A stretch of 64,000 nt of DNA from an uncultured Nitrospiraceae bacterium (GCA_963727805.1 CAVSHF010000003.1:1216001-1280000), one strand, 5' to 3'. Numbered from the stretch's first letter, positions 1 to 10,948 are shown. Notes: a model not told the origin generated them from the sequence alone. Translations and numbers: made by a program.

Positions 1-1641
1 TTGACTGTGCCGATAACTATATATGCCGGGGGCGCCAAAGAGACGATTCCCAGGAAGGTCGACAAAACAGTCAACACCATAACGTTGTACTCAAGAGAAC
101 GGCCCGAAAAGATCGTTATAGATGAAAATTATGATGTCATGAGAAAGCTTTCCCTCGAAGAATTCCCGCCGATCATCGCACGGATTATCGACGATAAAAG
201 TCTCGTGGTGGGCCTTCCTGTTTCAAAGAATACTATCTACGAAAATATAATAGATGCCTTCAAGAAAAAGGGAGCAATGATAAAAGAGACTGTAGCCATA
301 AGCGAGGCCGATCTCAGTAATTCTTCTTTTATCATCCTTGGCGACGACAATCCCCTGTTGGAGAAATTTCGGGGTGTAATCCCCAGAGATACAACCTCCG
401 GCGGGTTCACTATGTCAGTCGACAAGAATCCGTTCAATGCCGATAAGGTGATCGCTCTCATCAGTGCTGCATCCAGTCAAGAGGCCGACGCGGCTTTTCC
501 CAAAATATTCCATTATGGAAAATTCAGCCGGCTGGCTTTCAGCAAGGGGAAGAATATACTCAAAGAAACGGCCCCTTCAAAGAGAGGACTGATTATGGAA
601 CTGGAAACGGACGCGCCGGCGGTACATGTACCCGACGTAAAGAGCCTATCCCAGGTTATAGACAATGTCAGGGATAAGCGCATCGTTTATGTAGGCGAAG
701 AACATACCAACTATGCCCACCACGCCGTACAGCTCGAGGTTATACAGGGGTTGCTCGAAAAAGACAGAAAGATTGTTATCGGAATGGAGATGTTTCAGAG
801 ACCTTACCAGTCAGTGCTTGACGACTATATAAATGGGGCCATCGACCGTAAAACATTTTTGAAGAAAACTGAATACTTCGTAAGATGGAGTTTCGATTAT
901 GAACTTTATAAACAGATCATCGATTTTGCAAGGGAAAACAGGATACCGATTCTCGCCCTCAACATCGAACGCGAAATCGTGGAACTCGTCTCGAAAAATG
1001 GCCTTGATGCCCTGCCCTCTGACCTCAAGGAAAACATCCCTCCCGATATGGATTTTTCCGATGTTCAGTACAGGGAAAGGCTAAAAAAAGTATTTTCCAA
1101 ACATACGTCCCTAAAGGATCGCAACTTCGATTTCTTTTTCCAGTCACAGATTCTCTGGGATGAGACAATGTCACAATCAGCTGATAAATATCTCTCAACA
1201 CATTCCGATTACCGTATGATTATCCTGGCGGGAAGCGGTCACCTGCTGTACGGGTCAGGAATACCCAAGAGGACATTTAGAAGGAACGGACTCAGTTATG
1301 CCGTCATTTTGAGTGATGTTGATCTCGACAAAGACGTAGCCGACTATGTCGTCTTCCCACGGTACACCGAGGGGGCGAAACCGGTACGAATGATGGTACT
1401 CCTGAACGAAGAGAAAGGTAAAGTAACAATAACAGGGTTTCCGGATAATAGTATTTCCAAAAAAGCTGGACTTGAAGAAGGAGATACAATTCTTTCCTTA
1501 GATGAAGTTCCCGTTACAAGCATTGCGGACGTTAAGATATTCCTCGTTGACAAGAAAAAAGGAGATACGATCTGGGTAGAGGTATTGAGAAAAAACGCTG
1601 CAGAAAAAGGAATGCAAACTCAGTTTAAGCTCGTATTATAA
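1..1641 (+). CDS. ChaN (Tiki superfamily, haem-uptake-like) domain + C-terminal PDZ protein; 5'-truncated by the window edge
   Basis: ChaN-like motifs VYVGEEH...HHAVQ, IGMEMF, QILWDETM, LAGSGH; PDZ-like tail (SKKAGLEEGDTILSLD). Frame is open from base 1. Confidence 0.75.
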   Translation: MTVPITIYAGGAKETIPRKVDKTVNTITLYSRERPEKIVIDENYDVMRKLSLEEFPPIIARIIDDKSLVVGLPVSKNTIYENIIDAFKKKGAMIKETVAISEADLSNSSFIILGDDNPLLEKFRGVIPRDTTSGGFTMSVDKNPFNADKVIALISAASSQEADAAFPKIFHYGKFSRLAFSKGKNILKETAPSKRGLIMELETDAPAVHVPDVKSLSQVIDNVRDKRIVYVGEEHTNYAHHAVQLEVIQGLLEKDRKIVIGMEMFQRPYQSVLDDYINGAIDRKTFLKKTEYFVRWSFDYELYKQIIDFARENRIPILALNIEREIVELVSKNGLDALPSDLKENIPPDMDFSDVQYRERLKKVFSKHTSLKDRNFDFFFQSQILWDETMSQSADKYLSTHSDYRMIILAGSGHLLYGSGIPKRTFRRNGLSYAVILSDVDLDKDVADYVVFPRYTEGAKPVRMMVLLNEEKGKVTITGFPDNSISKKAGLEEGDTILSLDEVPVTSIADVKIFLVDKKKGDTIWVEVLRKNAAEKGMQTQFKLVL

Positions 1642-1719
1642 TCATCGACTGGAATCACATGATCATGCGAAAGCCATTTAATAATAATCGCAAAAGGCAT
1701 CGATGAGGTAAAAAACATC

Positions 1720-3858
1720 ATGGACGGCTTAAAGTTACAGCCTTTTGATCTTCCTGAGAGAATATCGGGGCTTGCGGAACTTTCGTATAATCTCTGGTGG
1801 AGCTGGCATCCAGCGGCACGAATGCTGTTCAAGATGCTCAATCGCGCTGCATGGAAAGAGAGCGGGCACAACCCCGTCAAGATGCTCAATGATCTACCTT
1901 CGGACATTTTTAAGATAGCAGCACAGGACCCTCAATATCTGCGGCACTACGATGCAATCTTGGCCCTATTTCGCAAAGAGATGGATACATCGGGCGGCTG
2001 GTTCTGCCAAAATGTTTCTGATCCTGAGTGTTTGCCGATCGCCTATTTCTCTGCGGAATATGGACTGCAGCATTCCCTGCCATTCTATGCAGGAGGATTG
2101 GGTTTTTTAGCGGGCGATCATCTGAAAGAGTGCAGCGATTTACGCGTGCCGGCGGTCGCCATCGGGTTCATGTATCCTGAAGGATATCTGCGTCAGAAGA
2201 TTCGCGAAGATGGCTGGCAGGAAGGCGTTGACGAAATCCTCGACAGGGATGCGGCACCTATCGAGAGGGTATTCGACGATAAAGGACAACACCTTGTGGT
2301 TAAGGTTCCTTTCATTGATCCACCCGTCTACGTGGCGGTATGGAAAGTGGCTGTCGGACGCATACCGTTATATCTGATGGATGCCGACATCGAGATGAAT
2401 GATCCGTGGAACCGGGCAATATCGGCCCGTCTCTATGCGGGCGATATCGAACTGCGTCTACGTCAGGAAGTTGTACTCGGGATAGGGGGAAGTAAGGTGC
2501 TGGATGTTCTCGGAATAAAGCATTCCATACTTCACCTGAATGAGGGACATCCGGCCTTTGCCATCCTAGAACGGGTTCGGGAGTGCATTGTTGAGGGTAC
2601 TCGTCTGGACGATGCGTTACAGTACGTCAGGGATACCACTGTCTTTACAACCCACACATCTGTTCCGGCAGGCCATGATGTATTCCCCTTTCACCTTATG
2701 GATAAGTATTTCAGCAGTTATTATCCGCTTCTTGGACTCACTCGTGACGCGTTTCTCAAACCGGGTATTCATCCTGAAGCCCCGTCCTCCGGGTTCAACA
2801 TGACTGCCTTCGCCCTAAGAATGTCCAAGTACTGCAATGGCGTTAGCAAAAGACATGGCGAAGTGGCACGTGGTATGTGGCGATCTCTATGGCCCAGCAC
2901 AAAAGATGAGGATATTCCCATCTCTTCAATTACAAACGGTATTCACGTTCCCACATGGATCGAACCAAAAATGGACCTTCTTTTCGACAAATACCTCGGC
3001 CCGGGCTGGCTTGAGGACCATGACAACCCGGCAATTTGGGAGTTGGCATCTGATATACCCGATCAGGAGTTATGGCAGACCCATTACTGGCACAAGATCA
3101 AACTCATTAATTTCATCAGAGATCGCGCCCGCCTGCGATGGGCAGAAGATCACGTAAGCCCGACCAATATCGTCGCCGGGGGGACGCTGCTCGACCCTCT
3201 GGCGCTGACCATCGGATTTGCCCGCCGGTTTGCTACCTATAAAAGGGCTGACCTTATCTTTCACGATCTCGACCGTCTTAAAGTGCTGTTAAATAGCCGC
3301 TGGAGGCCTATCCAGATAGTTTTCGCCGGCAAAGCCCATCCGGCTGATGATCCGGGCAAACGTCTCCTCCAAAAGATCTTCAAATTCGCATGTGACCCGG
3401 AGATGGGGGGCAGAATCGCTTTTGTAGAAAATTATGATGAGCAATTGGCTCAGTACATGACTCATGGGGTAGACGTCTGGCTTAATAATCCGTTGCCGCC
3501 CATGGAGGCAAGTGGGACGAGTGGGATGAAGGCGTCATTGAACGGAGTTCTGAATCTAAGTATTCTCGACGGGTGGTGGCCGGAAGGCTTCAATGGTAAA
3601 AACGGATGGGCTTTTGGACAGGGGCTTACTCTAGAAGGAACGAGAGACGTTTCGGATGCGGAGGAGCTTTATTCAATACTAGAAAAACAGGTTATCCCTC
3701 TCTATTATAAACTCGATGAAGATGGCATTCCTCGAGACTGGATCAAGTTAATGAAAAAAGCGATCATCAGCTTGGCGCCTTCTTTCAGCGCTAGAAGAAT
3801 GGTCAAGGAGTACGTGAATATCTTTTACCGGAACGCTCTCAAATCGGCACTCAAATAA
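1720..3858 (+). CDS. glgP: Alpha-glucan (glycogen/maltodextrin) phosphorylase
   Basis: AYFSAEYG, YAGGLGFLAGDHLK, HLNEGH, FARRFATYKR, PLP-site EASGTSGMK; SD GAGG upstream. Confidence 0.95.
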   Translation: MDGLKLQPFDLPERISGLAELSYNLWWSWHPAARMLFKMLNRAAWKESGHNPVKMLNDLPSDIFKIAAQDPQYLRHYDAILALFRKEMDTSGGWFCQNVSDPECLPIAYFSAEYGLQHSLPFYAGGLGFLAGDHLKECSDLRVPAVAIGFMYPEGYLRQKIREDGWQEGVDEILDRDAAPIERVFDDKGQHLVVKVPFIDPPVYVAVWKVAVGRIPLYLMDADIEMNDPWNRAISARLYAGDIELRLRQEVVLGIGGSKVLDVLGIKHSILHLNEGHPAFAILERVRECIVEGTRLDDALQYVRDTTVFTTHTSVPAGHDVFPFHLMDKYFSSYYPLLGLTRDAFLKPGIHPEAPSSGFNMTAFALRMSKYCNGVSKRHGEVARGMWRSLWPSTKDEDIPISSITNGIHVPTWIEPKMDLLFDKYLGPGWLEDHDNPAIWELASDIPDQELWQTHYWHKIKLINFIRDRARLRWAEDHVSPTNIVAGGTLLDPLALTIGFARRFATYKRADLIFHDLDRLKVLLNSRWRPIQIVFAGKAHPADDPGKRLLQKIFKFACDPEMGGRIAFVENYDEQLAQYMTHGVDVWLNNPLPPMEASGTSGMKASLNGVLNLSILDGWWPEGFNGKNGWAFGQGLTLEGTRDVSDAEELYSILEKQVIPLYYKLDEDGIPRDWIKLMKKAIISLAPSFSARRMVKEYVNIFYRNALKSALK

Positions 3859-3894
3859 ACATGCAAAAGATGGGAACAATGTGGCAGCGCTTTC

Positions 3895-4851
3895 TTATAT
3901 TTGATGCAGAGTAAATGATTCAAGTTGCGGCAAGATAGACTCAAAGGCCTCCACTACCCCGGGGTCGAAATACTTGCCCGCGTTTGCCACGATATGCTCG
4001 CACGCCTTTGAAGGAGAAACGCCTTTTCGGTAAGGGCGATCTGACATAAGTGCATCGTAAACATCCGCTACTGCAATGATCCTAGCGCCAAGGGGGATGT
4101 CTTCTCCTACCATCCGATGATAGCCGCTTCCGTCATATTGTTCATGATGGTACAGGATATAGGGTAATATCTGGACAACTTTCCCTCCAAGAGGTTCCAT
4201 AATTTCGACTCCCCGCGTGGTATGGGTCTTTATGATGTCACGCTCCTCACCAGTCAGAGTTCCTATTTTCCGTAAAACTTCATTGCTTACTCCCAGTTTT
4301 CCGAGATCGTGCAGCAATGCCGCTGCCCGGATGTTTTCCACCTCATACTCGGGACACTTCATAGCGCGTGAGAGCATTACGGCTATGGTAGAGACTCTGT
4401 TTGAATGACTCTGCGTCTCCTGATCAACGGAATCGATGATGAGGGAGAGCATCTCCATAATGCCCCGATACGTTGTTTTGATCTCGTCGATGGCTTTTTC
4501 TTTTTTCTCATAGAGATGTCCGATGCAATATCCGGTGACGACAAGAAACCCCGCCCATGTCGCAATATCAAGCCACTTCGAGATGGGATCTTTTGAAACA
4601 CTGAGAAAATTGTCCGGATAAATTAATGATATCAGTACGATTAATAGGACAGAAAATGTAGCAGAAAGCGTCGCATACCTTTTCCCAAAAAAGAATGCTC
4701 CAACAATAACGGGCAGATAAAATAAATTCAGAAAAGCACGCTGATTAGCAATGAAAAAAAAGATAAAGCCAGAGATTGCAACCAAGAGAAAAACAATAAG
4801 CAACTCTTTGTCAACCTTCAAATACGCAGCGATACGTTCCTTCATCCCCAT
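3895..4851 (-). CDS. Membrane-anchored HD-GYP-type phosphodiesterase
   Basis: About 4 N-terminal TM segments; LHDLGK, HHEQYDGSGY, ARIIAVADVYDAL..RPYR. Confidence 0.88.
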   Translation of the reverse strand: MGMKERIAAYLKVDKELLIVFLLVAISGFIFFFIANQRAFLNLFYLPVIVGAFFFGKRYATLSATFSVLLIVLISLIYPDNFLSVSKDPISKWLDIATWAGFLVVTGYCIGHLYEKKEKAIDEIKTTYRGIMEMLSLIIDSVDQETQSHSNRVSTIAVMLSRAMKCPEYEVENIRAAALLHDLGKLGVSNEVLRKIGTLTGEERDIIKTHTTRGVEIMEPLGGKVVQILPYILYHHEQYDGSGYHRMVGEDIPLGARIIAVADVYDALMSDRPYRKGVSPSKACEHIVANAGKYFDPGVVEAFESILPQLESFTLHQI

Positions 4852-5323
4852 AGGATAAGCCCTCCGGCAATCAAGTCTATCTGTGAATATGTACTCCCAA
4901 ATCTACCATTTTCTCAATTAAATATCAATAATAACAAGAAGTCATACAGACAAAGGCCTTGAACGTTCAGCAATGCTTAGAGATTACTTGAGTCACGCGA
5001 CTTCATATTGGAAGCTAATACTCTAGCGCTATATGGGACATATTGCATAGTTGCAAATCTAACGTTGCCCCATCTTGCCAGCTCGGTAATAGTTGAATGC
5101 TGTCCCCACGTGGTACATGAGGCTCCGCCGTCTAGCGCCGTGGTTTCTTGGGGGAGTCTCCGGCAGCACAGTCCTAAACACACAGTGCTCTGCCGATAGA
5201 AGACTTCCTCGGCGCAGTCCGTGAGGACATATGGGCGACCACATCATCCACTGGCTTAAAAGCCATGGCGTTTTCTGGCCATCTTTGATAGAGAGAACTC
5301 TATGGGAAACACGTATGTCGGAT

Positions 5324-5578
5324 TCACTTCCTCATCTCGAAGTTCTTGATAAATTGTTCCACCTGAATTCCGAGGTAGACGCATTTTATGTTGTCCATGC
5401 AATCATCTGCATCCTTTTTCTCAAGATGGGTCGTAAGTTCCTTGCCATCTTTCTTGAATTTGATGATCCAGGCATTTTTCCCCTCATCGAAGCTCATTCC
5501 CACGGAGATCCCGTTCTTCCCTATCGCGGGGTACATCTCCAGTATCTTCTCCTCAAGTCCAACTTGCGTGTAGCCCAT
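5324..5578 (-). CDS. Small hypothetical protein (84 aa)
   Basis: Strong SD GGAGGAG before the ATG; protein-like composition with C-x5-C. Confidence 0.75.
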   Translation of the reverse strand: MGYTQVGLEEKILEMYPAIGKNGISVGMSFDEGKNAWIIKFKKDGKELTTHLEKKDADDCMDNIKCVYLGIQVEQFIKNFEMRK

Positions 5579-5640
5579 ATTTGCTCCTCCTGTGAATAAA
5601 AGTTCTTTAATCTGTATTTATTCTACCAACCTTTGGAATC

Positions 5641-5669
5641 TTGTCAAGAACAACTCCATCTGTTAAAAT
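5641..5669 (+). promoter_or_regulatory. Sigma70-type promoter of hflX
   Basis: TTGTCA (5641-5646), 17 bp spacer, TAAAAT (5664-5669), extended -10 TG at 5661-5662. Confidence 0.6.
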
Positions 5670-5691
5670 CAACTATAATGAGGTTCTTAAA

Positions 5692-7317
5692 ATAGCGACG
5701 CTTTACGGACATACCACAGGTCTCAAAAAAAGCCTTCTCCAGCTCCTTGAGAAGGTCTATCGCCGCAGGATTCCCCCCGACAAAGTTATAACTCAGGAAC
5801 TTGCCCGTTATCTTGCCGGCATTTCCTTTGAAACGGGCAAGCAGCTCGGCATTGTTGCTAACAGAAGCGGTGCGATCACCCATGTGATTGTAGGAGATGC
5901 GCATGGTGTTTTCATCCCAGAACTGGAAGGCTTCCCGCTCGGAAGAAAAGCCCTTAGGGGATTGCGTTTCATCCACACTCATCTGCGGGATGAGCCGCTC
6001 AATCGTGAAGACATCACGGACCTGGCACTCCTTCGTTTCGACATGATCGCCGCCCTTACCGTCAGGGATGGGCTGCCCGATAAAATCCATTCCGCTCATC
6101 TCATGCCGCAGGGTTCCGAGATAAGACATGAAATCATCTCATCCGATTTTTACCGTTATGATCTGAACTTCGCAGAATTCATCGAGAACCTCGAAGCTGA
6201 GATGGAACGCCAAAGAACGATAAGCCAGCGCGACAAGCGAGAAAGGGCCATCCTCGTCAGTGCATCCACGAAACCGCGGTACGAGCTTGAAGAATCTATG
6301 GAGGAGCTGAAGGAACTCGCTGAATCAAGTGACGTCATCGTACTGGATGCTTTTATCCAGAGACTGAAGGAGATCAACCCGAAATATCTGATGGGTGAGG
6401 GCAAGTTGAAAGAGATAATAATGAACGGCATGGACAAGGGTTCAACTCTCCTCATATTCAATCAGGACCTTTCGCCTTCGCAAATACGGGCCATCACTGA
6501 AACAACCGAACTTAAGGTCATCGACCGTTCGCAACTCATCCTCGATATCTTTGCGCGTAGGGCACACAGCCGGGACGGTAAGGTCCAAGTTGAGCTCGCA
6601 CAGCTCAAATATATGCTCCCGCGCCTTACCGGAAAAGGGACTGCAATGTCACGTCTTATGGGAGGAATCGGTGGAAGGGGCCCAGGCGAGACAAAGCTTG
6701 AGGTCGACAGGCGGCGCATTCGTGAAAAGATTTCTCATCTCGAACGAGAGTTAAAAACACTGAGTGAGGCACGCAAACAGAGAAAACAGCGGAGAGTTGC
6801 GGCAAGGCTGCCGATAGTCTCGATCGTCGGATATACCAATGCCGGCAAATCTACGCTTCTGAACACACTTACGAAAAGCGGCACAGTTGTTGAAGACAAA
6901 ATGTTCGCTACCCTCGACACGGCAAGTAGGCGCCTGCGCTTTCCAAAAGAACGTGAAGTGATCATCACAGACACAGTAGGCTTTATTCGGGACCTACCGA
7001 AAGACCTTATGGCAGCTTTCAAGTCGACCCTTGAGGAACTTGAGGATGCGGACCTCCTTATCCACCTCGTGGACATATCGAATCCCCGCTTTGAACAGCA
7101 CATCGAATCGGTCGAAAACATACTTAAGGACCTCAAGGTGGGAGACAAACCGAAGCTTCTTGTATTTAATAAGGCAGATAAACTCCCCGCCGATACGGTA
7201 ACCCATATCCTTCTACGGTACGATGCAACAGCCGTTTCAGCAACGCGCCCCGAAAGCCTCAGGCCCTTTCTCGGTGCCATTGAAACCCATCTGTGGGAGT
7301 CACAAAACTTCTCTTAA
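5692..7317 (+). CDS. hflX: GTPase HflX with N-terminal extension (probable ATA start at 5692; ORF track starts at TTG 5641)
   Basis: LILDIFA, QVELAQL, GIGGRGPGETKLE, G1 GYTNAGKST, FATLD, DTVGF, NKAD. Confidence 0.93.
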   Translation: MATLYGHTTGLKKSLLQLLEKVYRRRIPPDKVITQELARYLAGISFETGKQLGIVANRSGAITHVIVGDAHGVFIPELEGFPLGRKALRGLRFIHTHLRDEPLNREDITDLALLRFDMIAALTVRDGLPDKIHSAHLMPQGSEIRHEIISSDFYRYDLNFAEFIENLEAEMERQRTISQRDKRERAILVSASTKPRYELEESMEELKELAESSDVIVLDAFIQRLKEINPKYLMGEGKLKEIIMNGMDKGSTLLIFNQDLSPSQIRAITETTELKVIDRSQLILDIFARRAHSRDGKVQVELAQLKYMLPRLTGKGTAMSRLMGGIGGRGPGETKLEVDRRRIREKISHLERELKTLSEARKQRKQRRVAARLPIVSIVGYTNAGKSTLLNTLTKSGTVVEDKMFATLDTASRRLRFPKEREVIITDTVGFIRDLPKDLMAAFKSTLEELEDADLLIHLVDISNPRFEQHIESVENILKDLKVGDKPKLLVFNKADKLPADTVTHILLRYDATAVSATRPESLRPFLGAIETHLWESQNFS

Positions 7318-7682
7318 CGATGAGGTTTCTGGCGTTTGGCGCCTGGCGTGCCGCTTTTTCTCACTTTGCTCGCACCCTTGGTCTCCCTCCCCTCAAAGCG
7401 CTCCGGATGCGCTCTGTCAGGACTGTTCCGAGTAGATCTCAAACCTTGAGTAGTCGTTTTCACCCTAACCTTTTGTCCGTGGATGAGTTTGCCGTTAAGC
7501 GCTTTGATCGCTGCAGCTCCCTCAGAATCTGTAGGCATGTCAACAAACCCGAATCCCTTTGACTTGCCAGTTAACTGGTCGATGACCACGTTAAGAGACT
7601 TTATCTTTCCAAACGGCAGAAACACTTGCATTAATTCCTTTTCGGTCACTCCCTTGGACAAATTTCGTACTAGTATATTCAT
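7314..7682 (-). CDS. RRM RNA-binding protein with basic C-terminal tail
   Basis: RNP2-like ILVRNL and RNP1 KGFGFVDM. Confidence 0.88.
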   Translation of the reverse strand: MNILVRNLSKGVTEKELMQVFLPFGKIKSLNVVIDQLTGKSKGFGFVDMPTDSEGAAAIKALNGKLIHGQKVRVKTTTQGLRSTRNSPDRAHPERFEGRETKGASKVRKSGTPGAKRQKPHR

Positions 7683-7696
7683 TTCAACTCCTTACT

Positions 7697-7924
7697 TTAT
7701 TTTTCCTGGATTTTTATGCGAAGATATAAATCCTCAACTTTTTTTCTTGCCCAAGGGCTTTTTCTGAGAAATTTCAAACTGGACATAATACTCGGATCAC
7801 TATTGAAACATCTGATATTGATAATTCTTCCCATTTCATGCCATCCATAATGCTCAACCAGATGGGCAAGAATCATTGCCAGAGTAACGCCGTGAAGACG
7901 ATTATGGGATCGCAGGTCAGTCAT
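7697..7924 (-). CDS. VF530/DUF2132 family small DNA-binding protein
   Basis: LHGVTL...LVEHYGW...[24 protein letters not shown] signature. Confidence 0.88.
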   Translation of the reverse strand: MTDLRSHNRLHGVTLAMILAHLVEHYGWHEMGRIINIRCFNSDPSIMSSLKFLRKSPWARKKVEDLYLRIKIQEK

Positions 7925-8195
7925 ATGCCTGTTTGATTGTTAAATTATTACAGTCCAAGGATGAAAGGGTAGGTGACAGGATAAGGACTGTTTTTCATAC
8001 GTTATCATCGAGTATGTTTGTATAGTATAACGTCTTCAGACACTTTAATACCAATATATCTCATATTTTGGATGACTTTTCGATTCTCACACATGATTGG
8101 CACAGCATTGTCATTCGGCAACATGCATAACGTTTTATGCGATATCAGCCTCCAGCAGGTTTATGATTCCTCTTCTTTAAGGTATAATAAAGACT

Positions 8196-9266
8196 ATGGA
8201 ATTCACGCCGAAATGGATAGCCTGGGAAATAACGCGTAGGTGCAATCTTCACTGTGTTCATTGTCGCTCTTCATCGGAGATGGTCGTCAAGGAGCATCCC
8301 GATTTCCCGACTAAGGAGGCCTATCGCATGCTCGACGATATTTCGAGTTATGCGAACCCAGTCGTAGTGCTTTCAGGGGGCGAGCCCCTTCTGAGGGGCG
8401 ATGTTTTTGACATCGCCAAGTACGGGACCGAGAAGGGCCTCAGGATGTGCATGGCGACAAATGGAAGCCTTGTGACTGATGATGTCTGCGAAAAGATAAA
8501 GACATCGGGTATTAAGATCGTGTCGATGAGCCTCGATGGGGCATCACCGGAGGTCCACGATGATTTCAGGAATGAGAAGGGTGCCTTTGCTGCAGTAATG
8601 CACGCTGCAGCACTCTTCAAAAAATATGGCATCGAGTTCATCATCAACTCTTCTTTCACCAAAAGAAACGAGGAAGAGATTCCTAAGGTATATAAGCTCG
8701 CCAAAGAGATCGGCGCGACCGCCTGGTATTTGTTCATGATCGTTCCCACCGGCCGGGGAGAGGAGATCATGAATGAACTCATAACCAAGGAACATTATGA
8801 AGATATTCTCGATTGGCACTATGGGATGGAAAAGGACGAACTTGAAATGCTGGTGCGGCCTACCTGCGCACCCCACTATTACCGCATAGTGCTTCAGAAG
8901 GCAAAAGAGGAAGGCGAAAAATTCGAGAGACGGACTCTTAAATTCTCGACAGGTGGATCAAAGGGATGCCTCGCTGGACAACTCATCTGCCTGATTGACG
9001 TGGATGGCAATGTCCTGCCATGCAGCTATTTTCCCAAGCCTGCAGGGAATATGCAAACACAATCATTCATGGATATCTGGGAGAATTCCACACTCTTCCG
9101 GGAGCTAAGAGATTTCAAAAGTTACAAAGGCAAATGCGGCGCATGCGAATACGTGAATGTATGCGGCGGATGCAGGGCCCGGGCTTATGCGGTCCATGGT
9201 GACTATCTTGCTGAAGAACCCTTTTGTAATTATATTCCACGCCGGGCGAAAAAGGAGGCTCAGTGA
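8196..9266 (+). CDS. ahbD: Radical SAM/SPASM protein, AhbD/NirJ-like (probable coproheme decarboxylase, heme b synthase)
   Basis: [46 protein letters not shown]...C..C....CGGCRARA; overlaps hemE start. Confidence 0.75.
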   Translation: MEFTPKWIAWEITRRCNLHCVHCRSSSEMVVKEHPDFPTKEAYRMLDDISSYANPVVVLSGGEPLLRGDVFDIAKYGTEKGLRMCMATNGSLVTDDVCEKIKTSGIKIVSMSLDGASPEVHDDFRNEKGAFAAVMHAAALFKKYGIEFIINSSFTKRNEEEIPKVYKLAKEIGATAWYLFMIVPTGRGEEIMNELITKEHYEDILDWHYGMEKDELEMLVRPTCAPHYYRIVLQKAKEEGEKFERRTLKFSTGGSKGCLAGQLICLIDVDGNVLPCSYFPKPAGNMQTQSFMDIWENSTLFRELRDFKSYKGKCGACEYVNVCGGCRARAYAVHGDYLAEEPFCNYIPRRAKKEAQ

Positions 9267-10288
9267 ACGATACTTTTTTAAAAGCCTGTCGGGGCGAAAG
9301 AACTGACTATACTCCAGTATGGATCATGAGACAGGCAGGCAGATATCTGCCTGAATACCGGAAGATAAGGGAAAAAGTCGATTTCCTCACACTCTGCAAG
9401 ACGCCTGAACTCGCCGCCGCAGTGACTCTCCAGCCGGTGGACATCTTGAAAGTCGATGCTGCAATTCTTTTCTCGGATATTCTTATTCCTATAGAGCCCA
9501 TGGGGATCAAGCTCGAGTTCTCGGAAGCAAAAGGTCCGATACTCTATAATCCCGTCAGGGACGAGCCATCGCTTTTAAGGCTGCGCAATATAGACCCGGA
9601 TGACGATGTCCCCTTTGTCGCTGAGACGATCAAGCTTTTGCTGAAACAGCTCAAAGTACCGCTAATCGGCTTTTCGGGAGCGCCTTTCACACTTGCTACA
9701 TATATGATCGAAGGCGGGAGCACGAAGAATTTCCTCAACTCGAAAAAGATGATGTATCAAAATCCCTTACTCTTTCATAAACTCATGGACAAGCTCACCG
9801 TTACGGTAATCAGCTATCTCGCGGCCCAGATCGATGCTGGCGTAAGTGCGGTACAGATCTTTGATTCATGGGTCGGGTCCCTCTCTCCGCTCGATTTCAA
9901 GCTCTTTGCATTACCGTATGTACAGAAAATTATAACCGCTTTACATGCCAGGGTCCCGATCATCTACTTTGCCTTTAATGGAAGTGCCATGCTCCCGCTT
10001 GTGAAAGAGAGCGGGGCTGATGTCATCGGGCTCGACTGGCGTATAGATATCGCCGATGCGGTCAATACCCTTGGCGCAGGCTGCTCGGTCCAAGGGAACC
10101 TCGACCCCTGTATCCTGTTCGGCACCCGCGATCTCATAAGAGAGCGAGCATCCCACATTCTCAAGGGCGCCAAAAATGCGCGAAGTCATATTTTCAATCT
10201 CGGCCATGGTATCCTGCCCGAGACTCCCGTGGGGAATGCGGTCTCAGTGGTTGAGTCCGTTCACGAACTAAGCTCGAAAGAGAGATAA
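9263..10288 (+). CDS. hemE: Uroporphyrinogen decarboxylase
   Basis: [47 protein letters not shown]. Confidence 0.96.
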   Translation: MNDTFLKACRGERTDYTPVWIMRQAGRYLPEYRKIREKVDFLTLCKTPELAAAVTLQPVDILKVDAAILFSDILIPIEPMGIKLEFSEAKGPILYNPVRDEPSLLRLRNIDPDDDVPFVAETIKLLLKQLKVPLIGFSGAPFTLATYMIEGGSTKNFLNSKKMMYQNPLLFHKLMDKLTVTVISYLAAQIDAGVSAVQIFDSWVGSLSPLDFKLFALPYVQKIITALHARVPIIYFAFNGSAMLPLVKESGADVIGLDWRIDIADAVNTLGAGCSVQGNLDPCILFGTRDLIRERASHILKGAKNARSHIFNLGHGILPETPVGNAVSVVESVHELSSKER

Positions 10289-10294
10289 AATCGC

Positions 10295-10942
10295 ATGCTT
10301 AACCTTGGCGTTCTTGCATCAGGCCGTGGCTCTAATTTCCAGTCTATAATCGATGAAATAGAGGCAGGCAATCTTAAGGCCTCGATCAGGCTTTTGATAA
10401 CCGATAACCCTGATGCGTATGTCATCGATCGCGCAAAAAGGCATTCTGTCGAATACTTATATCTCAACCCCTGTGACTTCACTTTGAAGGACGACTTCTA
10501 TGTGAAAATCGCCGACGAACTAAAAAAGTGGGATGTGGACCTTGTTATCCTCGCTGGCTTCATGAGGATCGTAAGAAAGCCGCTGATCGATGCTTTCCCA
10601 AACAGGATTATGAACATCCATCCTTCCCTGTTGCCCTCGTTCAAAGGGCTTCACGGGCAGAAACAGGTAGTCGACTACGGCGTTAGGATCAGCGGATGCA
10701 CCGTACACTTTGTCGATGGTGGCATGGATACCGGACCGATCATCATTCAGGCGGCAATTCCTGTCTCGCCGGATGACACTGAGGATACCCTTTCCGAAAG
10801 GACACTTAAACTCGAGCACAAAATATTCCCGTATGCCATCAGACTCTATTCTGAAGGACGGCTCTCCGTAGAGGGCAGGACTGTCAAGATCAAGGGTTAC
10901 GAACCCAAGGAAAATTTCATTATCAACCCGGCCCTTTCATAG
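10295..10942 (+). CDS. purN: Phosphoribosylglycinamide formyltransferase
   Basis: LASGRGSN, LAGFMRI, NIHPSLLP, GCTVHFV...DTGPII. Confidence 0.96.
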   Translation: MLNLGVLASGRGSNFQSIIDEIEAGNLKASIRLLITDNPDAYVIDRAKRHSVEYLYLNPCDFTLKDDFYVKIADELKKWDVDLVILAGFMRIVRKPLIDAFPNRIMNIHPSLLPSFKGLHGQKQVVDYGVRISGCTVHFVDGGMDTGPIIIQAAIPVSPDDTEDTLSERTLKLEHKIFPYAIRLYSEGRLSVEGRTVKIKGYEPKENFIINPALS

Positions 10943-10948
10943 AAACCA

